Shown here in pieces: positions 34,920 to 43,487 of a DNA stretch of 64,000 nucleotides (position 1 is its first letter; each line of letters opens with the position of its first letter). The notes under the pieces were generated by a model that saw nothing but the letters and a program-made list of their open reading frames with translations, had not been told where the DNA came from and did not search any database. The translations under genes were made by a program, and so were the position numbers. Origin of the DNA: an uncultured Candidatus Poseidoniales archaeon (GTDB taxonomy: Archaea; Thermoplasmatota; Poseidoniia; Poseidoniales; Poseidoniaceae); NCBI GenBank assembly GCA_905181715.1, contig CAJIYT010000022.1, forward strand, positions 26,466 to 90,465, read 5' to 3'.

Positions 34920-35891
34920 ATGGCGGACATTGAAAACCTCATCATGCGTCTCCGTTCTGCGGGAATCGACTTCACTGAAGAGATTGCAGAAGCGATGCTC
35001 AACACACCTATCGAGGTCTTTTCCGACCATGATCACCGTGCTTTTTATCACGATAGGCCGCTGGTTTTTCTCGAGACCGAGGATGGTGGTGTCAAAACCA
35101 TCTCAGCCCCACACATGATAGTCACCCTCCTACACCACTTGGAGATTAGAGAGAAGCAAGAAATAGTCCTCCTCGGCGCTAAAGGAGGCTACTTAGCCAC
35201 ACTAATTGCCCACATCGTCGGCCCGAAAGGGAAAGTGGTTATCGTCGACCCCTCTGCAGAGGTTATCGAATATGTCAATTCACGTCTCGACGAATCGGTT
35301 TGTATTACCTGCACGCATATGGAATCGGTTGACAAAAAGCCAAAAGGTTTGCCCAAAGCGATGCATCGCGTACTTGTTACTGGTCAGATAGAAGCACTAC
35401 CAGAATGGTTATCTGAAAATCTGGTAGAAGGTGGTTTTGCCATCGCTCCAATCGGTGAGAGAGAATTTCAAAACCTGATGAAGTTTGAACGACAAGGAGA
35501 TGAGATAATGGAAACTGGATTGGGTCAAGTGATTTTTGGCCCTGTCGATATCAAAGAATCGATACCAGAAACACCATCGCCAGAGGAATTTGCCTCCATG
35601 ATTGAAGATGCAATGGAAGCACTGGACAATCTCGAGATGATCGAACCTGAAACCAAAAATGAATTGCATGATTTAATCGCTGATCTACGCCTGCTACCCG
35701 ATGATTTAGCACCACCACAACATGGAGAAGAGGATGAAGAACATCCAATGATTCGTCTATTACTGGATAAAGGGGGTCTGCTAATGACCCTCTGGCCCTT
35801 GATTCAATTGATGTCAGACAATCGATTAGCTCATCCTGCATCACCTGGTGCTGATTTGATGCGCAGTGGTCATGAGGACATGGTTCCATAG
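34920..35891 (+). CDS. pcm: Protein-L-isoaspartate O-methyltransferase-like (degenerate)
   Basis: AFYHDRPL..TISAPHMIV, LLGAKGGY in place of LEIGTGSGY, LVEGGFAIAPIG; acidic C-terminal extension. Confidence 0.72.
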   Translation: MADIENLIMRLRSAGIDFTEEIAEAMLNTPIEVFSDHDHRAFYHDRPLVFLETEDGGVKTISAPHMIVTLLHHLEIREKQEIVLLGAKGGYLATLIAHIVGPKGKVVIVDPSAEVIEYVNSRLDESVCITCTHMESVDKKPKGLPKAMHRVLVTGQIEALPEWLSENLVEGGFAIAPIGEREFQNLMKFERQGDEIMETGLGQVIFGPVDIKESIPETPSPEEFASMIEDAMEALDNLEMIEPETKNELHDLIADLRLLPDDLAPPQHGEEDEEHPMIRLLLDKGGLLMTLWPLIQLMSDNRLAHPASPGADLMRSGHEDMVP

Positions 35892-35937
35892 CGAAATTCA
35901 ATCGAACAACCTATCAGCCGTCTGCGATAGACAAGAC

Positions 35938-37698
35938 ATGGGGATACTTGTGTCAGGTCTGCGATTCACAGCCGATGCACGGCAAGGTGCAACGAGATAT
36001 TTGCATGCGGGTGTTGAAATATCAGCTCCTTTTACTGAATCTCGGCTAATATTACGTTTTCCTCGCTGGGTCCCAGGGTCATATATGCTCAGAGAGCCGC
36101 TACAATTCATGGATTCTATTACCGTTCATGACGCGGAGGGATCTAAACTAAAATGGCAAAGAATAGATGTCGACGGATTAAAAATCACCATTCCTACCGG
36201 TTGTGAAAAAGTGATTATTGGTTATCGACTACTAGCTACTATGATGTCTGTAAGAGCAACCCACATCGACGATTCACATCTGCATTTAATGCCACCATTC
36301 ACTTGGTGGATACCGGAAAGTGGTATTGCAAAGAGTAGATTATCCGAAGTTCACTCGATTGACATAAAGGTACCGGAAGAGTGGTCCATCTCCACTCAGT
36401 TGGATGGGTCAGCAGGAACTTACACAGCAGATGGGCGCGATGAATTACTCGATGGAATCATCGAAGCAAATGCAAACCCAGAAATCTCATGGCAGGTAAA
36501 GGGTATCGAACAAAAACTAAAGATTTGGGATTCAGGTGGAACGCCCTTCTCTGCTGAAATGATCAATAAATTCATCGACAAAGCAACTCTTGTAATCGAA
36601 GAACATTACGGCCTTTTCGGCATCCCGCCATGGAAGGATTATCTGACAATTATTCACTTGACTGATTCTGCGAGAGGGGGGCTAGAACATATGCGCAGTC
36701 AAACCTCTATGGTGCCGCGTAGTTCTCTTTGGTCGACTGATTCTGATGAATGGCGTGACCTCATCAGTTTATTCAGCCATGAGTTCCTTCACCAGTGGAA
36801 TGTGAAAAATCTGAGACCACGCAACTTCTTGGACTATGATTTGCAGAAAGAAGTGCATACCGACCTCCTATGGTGGTTTGAAGGTGGAACCTCATGGCTT
36901 GGGGATTTGATTTGCTTACGCAGTGGCGCCTGGGACATCAAGGATTGGAAAGAGGAATGGAAACTTAAGATCAAACGACACCTCACCAATAATGGCTCTG
37001 ATATTGAATCATTGCAAGAATCCAGTAATGATGCATGGATACACCTATATCGGCCTAATTCACATGCTCGGGAAAGTCGAATCTCGTATTACCTCGAAGG
37101 CGAATTGGCATTGTTTTGTCTCGACGTCGAGTTACGTAAGCGTTCGAAGGGACTACACGGTCTTGACGAAGTGATGGCAGACCTGTTCCACAACCATGGA
37201 CTCGCTTCCGAGTCACCAGGAATCAATCATTCTGATATCCGTCGTGCAATTACCAGCAAAAAGGGCTGCCGCAGATTAGGAGTATTGCTCGACGATGCGG
37301 TAAGTCAGCGAGAAATGCCTGACCTCGCCCGAGCAATCAAATCATTGGGAATGGAAATGATTCCAGATAAGGGAGAGAAGGGGGGCTGGCTAGGAATTGA
37401 ATGTAGTGAGAAAAACTCAGCACTATTCGTCAGAACCCATTTGGCAAAATCACCTGTTAGAGATCTATTGAACACCGGTGATGAGATAATAGCTCTCGAT
37501 GGTATCCGCATCAATTCCAAAAAGCGTATGAATGCATATCTTAAGGGAAAAGCAGATTCTAACTGTACTATAACCATCGCTAGACAAGGCAATATCAAGA
37601 AAATAGAGGTAAAAATAGCCTGTGATCCTGATTATGCAATCAAATTGAAAGGTGACGGAAATAGCCTATGGCGAAGTATAATTGCCAGCAGGCGTTGA
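35938..37698 (+). CDS. M61 family glycyl aminopeptidase with PDZ domain
   Basis: PRWVPGSY, GGLEH, SHEFLHQWN..LRP, WWFEGGT, ISYY; C-terminal GDEIIALDG PDZ. Confidence 0.92.
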   Translation: MGILVSGLRFTADARQGATRYLHAGVEISAPFTESRLILRFPRWVPGSYMLREPLQFMDSITVHDAEGSKLKWQRIDVDGLKITIPTGCEKVIIGYRLLATMMSVRATHIDDSHLHLMPPFTWWIPESGIAKSRLSEVHSIDIKVPEEWSISTQLDGSAGTYTADGRDELLDGIIEANANPEISWQVKGIEQKLKIWDSGGTPFSAEMINKFIDKATLVIEEHYGLFGIPPWKDYLTIIHLTDSARGGLEHMRSQTSMVPRSSLWSTDSDEWRDLISLFSHEFLHQWNVKNLRPRNFLDYDLQKEVHTDLLWWFEGGTSWLGDLICLRSGAWDIKDWKEEWKLKIKRHLTNNGSDIESLQESSNDAWIHLYRPNSHARESRISYYLEGELALFCLDVELRKRSKGLHGLDEVMADLFHNHGLASESPGINHSDIRRAITSKKGCRRLGVLLDDAVSQREMPDLARAIKSLGMEMIPDKGEKGGWLGIECSEKNSALFVRTHLAKSPVRDLLNTGDEIIALDGIRINSKKRMNAYLKGKADSNCTITIARQGNIKKIEVKIACDPDYAIKLKGDGNSLWRSIIASRR

Positions 37699-38109
37699 TT
37701 AAGCCAATTCTTCGAGTGTAGCGAAAATCGGTGGAAGGTCGCTGCCAATTGTGTGCTTACTTGTTTTTGGAGGATATAACTCATCGCTGAGCGCCATATC
37801 AACAATATCTTGTTTTGTAATAGACTCAAGGTCACGCCCTGGCCAAACAGTTACTGAAATTCTATCATCAGTAAGGTAATCCAACATAATTGCTGGTATT
37901 TTACTCAAATTCAAACAGCGTGCTACATCAAATCTATGATGGCCATCTAAAATCGTCAAAGAGATACTATCGACCAAAAGTGGTTTGGTAAAACCACCCC
38001 ATTTCTGAGTCATTTCAAGCAATTTGTCACGATTTTTCTCTTTAATCTCCTCATGAGGATGGAGGATAGACACATCTACCAATTCGACATCCACTTCAGA
38101 CCAAGACAT
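37699..38109 (-). CDS. Stand-alone ParB/sulfiredoxin-fold protein
   Basis: LHPHE, KPLLVD, ILDGHHR, IPA..LDY, YPPKTSKH. Confidence 0.8.
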   Translation of the reverse strand: MSWSEVDVELVDVSILHPHEEIKEKNRDKLLEMTQKWGGFTKPLLVDSISLTILDGHHRFDVARCLNLSKIPAIMLDYLTDDRISVTVWPGRDLESITKQDIVDMALSDELYPPKTSKHTIGSDLPPIFATLEELA

Positions 38110-38235
38110 GGTTATTCGACCTGAGTCAGAGGGATAATGCTTTGCAAGTCACGTGCTCGCCATTGTCTAGGGGCTGGGTTAATGCTGGGGCGGGAGGCTG
38201 ATTTACAGGGCCAAGAAGCACCCGGTTTACTCAAA

Positions 38236-39453
38236 ATGGATGCTGACCTAACTGCTGTTATCGAACGTCTGGCACAAGCAGGCGCAGGAGTTTGGATCGT
38301 AGGAGGGGCCGTACGTGATGCAATACTGGGTTTGAATTCGAGCGAGTTCGACCTAGCCGTCGATATCCCCCCGCATGAAGTTCTCGAGATATTCACCGAT
38401 GCTATCGCTACGGGATTGAAATACGGAACGGTTACTATACGTTCAGGTAATTCATTGTTTGAAACTACAACCACTCGCACTGAAGCCGAATATGGCGATG
38501 GGCGCCGTCCAGAAATCGTCGAATGGGGCACCTCACTAGCTGATGACCTCTCACGCAGAGACTTGACAATCAATGCCATGGCATGGGATCCTCTTCGAGA
38601 AATTCTTTACGACCCATATCAAGGTGCTCTCGATCTTGAAGATAGAGTCTTACGAGCGGTAGGTAATGCTAATTCTCGTTTATCAGAAGATGGTTTACGG
38701 ATAATGCGTGTCTACCGTTTCATGGATAGAGGGTTCGACAGCCCTTGGTTACCTGAGAGAGAATTGTCAGGCGCACTCATAAAATGTCTTCATATGCTGA
38801 AAAAGGTCTCAAACGAAAGAATCTGGAGCGAGTTTCAGAGAATAATACTTGGTAAGAATGCAAGTGAAGTACTAATGAGAATGCATCTTGATGGAGCTTT
38901 AAAAGCCATTTTTGGCACAGATTTGGAAGTTGATGAACGTATTTCAAAATGCTCACAACATCTCCCTAGCCGTATGAGTATATTATTCTCTAATATCGCC
39001 ACCGATGAGGTAAAGAAAATCATGGCTAATCTGAAAGCATCGACTGCAATCGGAGCCAAAACCATAAGATTACACTATCTAAGAAATGATATTCCTTCAC
39101 CAAAAGAAGTCAATCTATATCGCGAGGTAATGGGCGATGATGTCCTCGCTCATCTCGAAGTTTTGACCATCCTTAACCCAGATACTGAATTCTCAGAAAT
39201 AGAAAAACAGGTGCGGCAAATCGAACCGGGAATCAAGCCATTGGCCACTGGAGATTGGTTGATGAATCAGACTGGAATAATACCCGGCATGAGATTAGGA
39301 CATCTCAAGGAATGGCTACATCGGATTCAAATCGATAGATCATTTACCGATTTATCACAAATCGAAACGGTGTTGTGCACTTTAGCCTGGCAAGATGGCG
39401 ATTCAAAACTATGGCCTAAATTACGTTGGCCAAACAAGCCATCAGATTCATGA
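38236..39453 (+). CDS. cca: Class II (bacterial-type) CCA tRNA nucleotidyltransferase / poly(A) polymerase family
   Basis: VGGAVRD..G....EFD, RRDLTINAMA, LYDPYQG..DL, EDGLRIMR, SNERIWSE. Start uncertain (38182-38236). Confidence 0.88.
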   Translation: MDADLTAVIERLAQAGAGVWIVGGAVRDAILGLNSSEFDLAVDIPPHEVLEIFTDAIATGLKYGTVTIRSGNSLFETTTTRTEAEYGDGRRPEIVEWGTSLADDLSRRDLTINAMAWDPLREILYDPYQGALDLEDRVLRAVGNANSRLSEDGLRIMRVYRFMDRGFDSPWLPERELSGALIKCLHMLKKVSNERIWSEFQRIILGKNASEVLMRMHLDGALKAIFGTDLEVDERISKCSQHLPSRMSILFSNIATDEVKKIMANLKASTAIGAKTIRLHYLRNDIPSPKEVNLYREVMGDDVLAHLEVLTILNPDTEFSEIEKQVRQIEPGIKPLATGDWLMNQTGIIPGMRLGHLKEWLHRIQIDRSFTDLSQIETVLCTLAWQDGDSKLWPKLRWPNKPSDS

Positions 39454-39454
39454 C

Positions 39455-41227
39455 ATGGAGTGTTCTCCACTTAATGTGTCCGAGGTTACTAATCCAAAAG
39501 AAACCATCAAAGGTGGCGTAATTGGGACTATTATCGCACTTTTTCTTTTAATGATAGGGGAATCGTCCCTTGGTGGCATATGCTGCATGGGTAGTATTTT
39601 TGTCCTCTTTGCAGGAATAGTTCAACAGTCAAATCAGGCCGTAAACACCAAACTTGAAGAACAGTCAAATCAGGCCGTAAACACCAAACTTGAAGCCGTG
39701 AATACGGACCCCTTGGGCGGACTTACTTGGGCAGAAGATGCCAATGGTAATTGGGGTTGGCTAGAGAATATAGATGCTGAAGCGATCGATGCAAGAGCGA
39801 GTGAAATAACCGAGCAAATAAACATCTCACCCGAGGTCATATCAGCCTTACAAAAGACCAACGGCGACCTTGGTTCTTTGAGTACAAATGAATTGAAATC
39901 ATTTTCTACCAGCCTTGGCATGGGTACTTCAAATCGTGAGATTATGGTAAATAATATCAACGATTCCCAAGCTGGAAATAAAATAATCAAAGGAGCACTT
40001 ACAGCAGTTGCAGCCGGTGGAGCAATCACTGCCACAGGGGTAGCAATTGCTGCAAAGCGGGAACTAGCAAAGAAGTCACTAAACAGCGTAGGGAAGCGAA
40101 TTAACAGTATAGATGACGTTGATACATGGCTCAAATCTTCAGGGATAAATGCAAATGAAATTGTTGCTTTAATCGACCCTGATGGAAGTGGTGCAGTTGA
40201 TGCTGCTGAGTTCGCCGCCTTCACCAAAATGCACACTGGTACTATTATCCCAAGTTGGATGGTAAAGCAGATTTTCGATAAAATCGAGCCTGGAAATAGA
40301 GGCACTATTAGCATAGCAGCAATGTTAGCACACTTGGAAAGTATTGGTATCGAAATTGAAAAACCAGAGGTAGAGGATTCTATTGCAGATGGCTCTGATG
40401 AGGGTAGCGACCAATTTCGAGTAGGCGATCGATTGGAAGCGGTGGTACTAGGACATCCTGATACTATCGCTGTAGCTTCAATTATTGCCATTGAAGGCGA
40501 TAATCTCACAATACACTTTGATGGCTGGAATAGCAATCACGATTATACAACCACTGCTGATGATTTGGATATACGTCCAGTAGGCACTCAAGAGGCACGT
40601 GGAGAGGAATTGCACCCTCCCTATCGTCATGTAGGGGAATTCGATTGGAACCAATATCTGGCCCAGATTGGTGCACGTGCTGCACCGGAAGCAGCCTTTT
40701 CAACCGCTAAGGAGAGCGAGGAGTCTGATTTAGAAGAAATCAATACTGAAGAGGAAGTTGAAACTGAGGATGAAGTTGAAACTGAGGATGAAGTTGAAAC
40801 TGAGGATGAAGTTGAAGAAGTTGAAACTGAGAATGAAGTTGATGATGACGATGATGATGACGACGATGATGAATACGGTGGCATCGATAGTAAGTTGGAG
40901 TTAATCATTGAAGAATTAAACGTTACAAAACTACGTGGTGAGCGTGAACAACTCATTTTGGAGAAGAATTCAACGTTCAAATCCTATCTCAAAATAATCT
41001 CAATACAACGTACCTTGATTGCAGAAGGAGATTATCGTGGTGGCAATACTGCAACTGCTTTACTCGACGGAGGACCTTTCACTGCAAAATTCCAGTTTAA
41101 ACTCGCAGATAGCGCAAATCTTCCTGAAATTAGTAGTAATTCAGATGTAAAGGTATTATGTGAACTACTAGACTACCAAAGTGCGATTAAATCGGCGCAA
41201 TTATTAGTTACAAGAATCCTTGATTAA
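39455..41227 (+). CDS. Membrane protein with EF-hand, MBT-like domain and acidic repeats
   Basis: Two N-terminal TMs, DPDGSGAVDAAEF EF-hand, MBT-like segment at 40415-40699, (EVETED)n and poly-Asp, possible OB-like C-terminus. Confidence 0.8.
   Translation: MECSPLNVSEVTNPKETIKGGVIGTIIALFLLMIGESSLGGICCMGSIFVLFAGIVQQSNQAVNTKLEEQSNQAVNTKLEAVNTDPLGGLTWAEDANGNWGWLENIDAEAIDARASEITEQINISPEVISALQKTNGDLGSLSTNELKSFSTSLGMGTSNREIMVNNINDSQAGNKIIKGALTAVAAGGAITATGVAIAAKRELAKKSLNSVGKRINSIDDVDTWLKSSGINANEIVALIDPDGSGAVDAAEFAAFTKMHTGTIIPSWMVKQIFDKIEPGNRGTISIAAMLAHLESIGIEIEKPEVEDSIADGSDEGSDQFRVGDRLEAVVLGHPDTIAVASIIAIEGDNLTIHFDGWNSNHDYTTTADDLDIRPVGTQEARGEELHPPYRHVGEFDWNQYLAQIGARAAPEAAFSTAKESEESDLEEINTEEEVETEDEVETEDEVETEDEVEEVETENEVDDDDDDDDDDEYGGIDSKLELIIEELNVTKLRGEREQLILEKNSTFKSYLKIISIQRTLIAEGDYRGGNTATALLDGGPFTAKFQFKLADSANLPEISSNSDVKVLCELLDYQSAIKSAQLLVTRILD
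39624..39695 (+). repeat. Perfect 36-bp in-frame tandem duplication
   Basis: AACAGTCAAATCAGGCCGTAAACACCAAACTTGAAG occurs twice (39624-39659, 39660-39695), duplicating QSNQAVNTKLE. Confidence 0.95.
40754..40873 (+). repeat. 18-bp coding tandem repeat followed by a GAT/GAC poly-Asp tract
   Basis: GAAGTTGAAACTGAGGAT x3 plus degenerate copies, then about 10 Asp codons. Confidence 0.92.
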
Positions 41228-42400
41228 TCAAGGCTGAATCGCTCGACTGATGACTATTCTCTGCACCTCTTGGGTGCCTTCATAGATCTGAGTAATCTTA
41301 GCATCTCTAAAGAAACGTTCAACTGGGAAATCGGTGGTATAGCCGTATCCTCCTAGAATCTGGATTGCACGTTCTGACACCCACATAGCTGTATCACCGG
41401 CAAATAATTTTGCCATGCTAGCCTCTTTCGAATGCCGTGGACCAGCGTTTTCATAATGTTCTTGTTTCACTGCTGAAGCCCTATAGACCATCAAGCGTGC
41501 AGCCTCTATTTGAGTCGCCATATCGGCCAGATATGCAGTTATCATCTGATGATGTGCGATGACTTTTCCGAATGCTTCACGTTCGTGGGCATAGCGTAAT
41601 GCTGACTCAAAAGCACCTTGAGCAATTCCTAATGCTTGAGCGGCGATACCGATTCGACTATTGTCTAATGCATTCATTGCGATTGCAAAGCCATTGCCTG
41701 ATCCCTTTAGTACATTCTCGACTGGAACCATACAATCCTCGAGAATTAGAGTACACGTATCTGAAGACCTTATTCCGAGTTTATCCTCTTTCTTTCCAAC
41801 ATTAAAGCCTGGAAAGCCGCTTTCGACGATGAAAGCGGTGCTACCACCATGACGTTTCTCACCATAGTCAGCATGATCGACATCCTTGGCAAAGAGTACT
41901 AATATCCGAGCCTGAGTACCATTTGTCACCCACATCTTCTCTCCATTCAAAACATAATGAGTGCCAGCATCGTTGAGCTTAGCCCGGCAAGACATCGCTG
42001 CTGCATCGGTACCAGCGCCAGATTCTGAAAGCGAATATGCCCCGACTTCACCTGCTACCAAGCGAGGTAAATACTTCGACTTTTGTTCTTCGTCACCGTG
42101 AAGTGCAATCGTCATTGAACACAAGCCCACATGGACACAATACATTACTGCGAACGAGGGATCGACGCGAGCTAACTCTTCAATGATTATCGACTCAGAG
42201 ATATCATCTACTGGAGTACCGCCATATTGTTCTGGTATTGTAACTCCTTGTAGACCAAGGTCTAGAAACTCCTGCCATTCTTCTAATGGTGGAGATTGAG
42301 TACTATCCCGTTGCTTTACTGTTACCGAGAGCACTGATTCTGCAAAATCTCGGACTAGTTCTCTAATCATCGCCTGTTCATCAGTTTCAAAGAAGTGCAT
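41228..42400 (-). CDS. Acyl-CoA dehydrogenase
   Basis: YSLSESGAGTD, LNGEKMWVTNG, KLGIRSS, REAFG, GGYGY, IYEGTQEVQ. Confidence 0.95.
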   Translation of the reverse strand: MHFFETDEQAMIRELVRDFAESVLSVTVKQRDSTQSPPLEEWQEFLDLGLQGVTIPEQYGGTPVDDISESIIIEELARVDPSFAVMYCVHVGLCSMTIALHGDEEQKSKYLPRLVAGEVGAYSLSESGAGTDAAAMSCRAKLNDAGTHYVLNGEKMWVTNGTQARILVLFAKDVDHADYGEKRHGGSTAFIVESGFPGFNVGKKEDKLGIRSSDTCTLILEDCMVPVENVLKGSGNGFAIAMNALDNSRIGIAAQALGIAQGAFESALRYAHEREAFGKVIAHHQMITAYLADMATQIEAARLMVYRASAVKQEHYENAGPRHSKEASMAKLFAGDTAMWVSERAIQILGGYGYTTDFPVERFFRDAKITQIYEGTQEVQRIVISRAIQP

Positions 42401-42493
42401 TGAACACACCCAGATGGTTGTAGGTCATGATGATTTCCAAGAAAGAACTGAGGATTGATATACCACTTCATTGACGCCGATTTGGGTGGCCAC

Positions 42494-42895
42494 ATGGAAG
42501 CTGACGTGATGGAGTTCTCAGTAGCGCATAACCGAAAGTACTCTAAGGAGCATGTTTGGTACCAAGAAAAGGACGAAAGACTGGTAGTCGGCATCTCCGA
42601 TTTCCTCGCTGAAGACATAGGTGAAATCCTCAGGGTGATCCTTAGGCAGGCAGAAAATGAAATCGATGCTGAGGAGAGTATGTTTTCCATCTGGACAGCA
42701 GAAGAAAAACTAACCTTCCCATCGCCATTCAGTGGCATGATTGATGAGGTAAATGGTGAGGTCGAAATCTCACCAGATTTGGTGAATGATTCACCATATG
42801 ACCTCGGCTGGATAATGATCCTAAATCCACACGAATTGGACCTGGAGAACCTCCTTGATGCCGATGAATATGTGGATTATCTCGCAGAGTTGTGA
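42494..42895 (+). CDS. Glycine cleavage H-like protein lacking the canonical lipoyl-Lys
   Basis: YSKEHVW, VGISDF, SPFSG..EVN, PDLVNDSPY..GW; ESVK replaced by WTAE. Confidence 0.8.
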   Translation: MEADVMEFSVAHNRKYSKEHVWYQEKDERLVVGISDFLAEDIGEILRVILRQAENEIDAEESMFSIWTAEEKLTFPSPFSGMIDEVNGEVEISPDLVNDSPYDLGWIMILNPHELDLENLLDADEYVDYLAEL

Positions 42896-42908
42896 GGGAG
42901 ATAATTCA

Positions 42909-43478
42909 ATGAACCCGATTCAAAAACTTCGAGGTAGTCTTGAGAGAGCACCGGTGATTTGGAAAGGGGATTATCCATATTTTATTCACTCTATTACCGA
43001 TGGTGTGCCTCGACTTGAGCCAGAGGTCCTGCAGGCGGTAATCGATTTAGTGGTCGAGAGGGTCGATTGGCAGAAAATAGATGCTATTGTTGGTATTGAA
43101 GCCATGGGGCTGCCAATTTGTGCACCACTGGCATTAGCAGTCAATAAACCGCTCATAATAGTGCGCAAACGCAGTTATGGCCTTGAGGGCGAGGTTAAAA
43201 TCGATCAATCTACCGGCTATTCGAAAGGGGAGATGTACATCAATGACATCAAGGATGGAGAGAGGGTATTCATTATGGAAGATGTGATCTCAACTGGAGG
43301 GACCATGCGAGCGGTTCTAAAGGGATTAGCGAACACCAAGGCTACCGCATCCGTGGTAATGACAGTGGTCGAGAAGGGAGAAGGGATGGCACAATTGAAA
43401 TCCGAGTTTTCTAATACAAACTTTGAATCACTAGTTGCCCTCCACATGGATGGAGCAAAAGTGGTAATACACGACTGA
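42909..43478 (+). CDS. hpt: Archaeal purine phosphoribosyltransferase (Hpt/Apt-like)
   Basis: YPYFIH.ITDGVP, EAMG, RKRSYGL, QSTGYSKG, PRPP loop MEDVISTGGT. Confidence 0.88.
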   Translation: MNPIQKLRGSLERAPVIWKGDYPYFIHSITDGVPRLEPEVLQAVIDLVVERVDWQKIDAIVGIEAMGLPICAPLALAVNKPLIIVRKRSYGLEGEVKIDQSTGYSKGEMYINDIKDGERVFIMEDVISTGGTMRAVLKGLANTKATASVVMTVVEKGEGMAQLKSEFSNTNFESLVALHMDGAKVVIHD

Positions 43479-43487
43479 GGTGAAAAA

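Noticed and set aside
39670-40536. 288-aa antisense ORF
   Set aside because: Mirror frame of the EF-hand/MBT gene; Ser/Ile-rich composition typical of antisense to an acidic protein.
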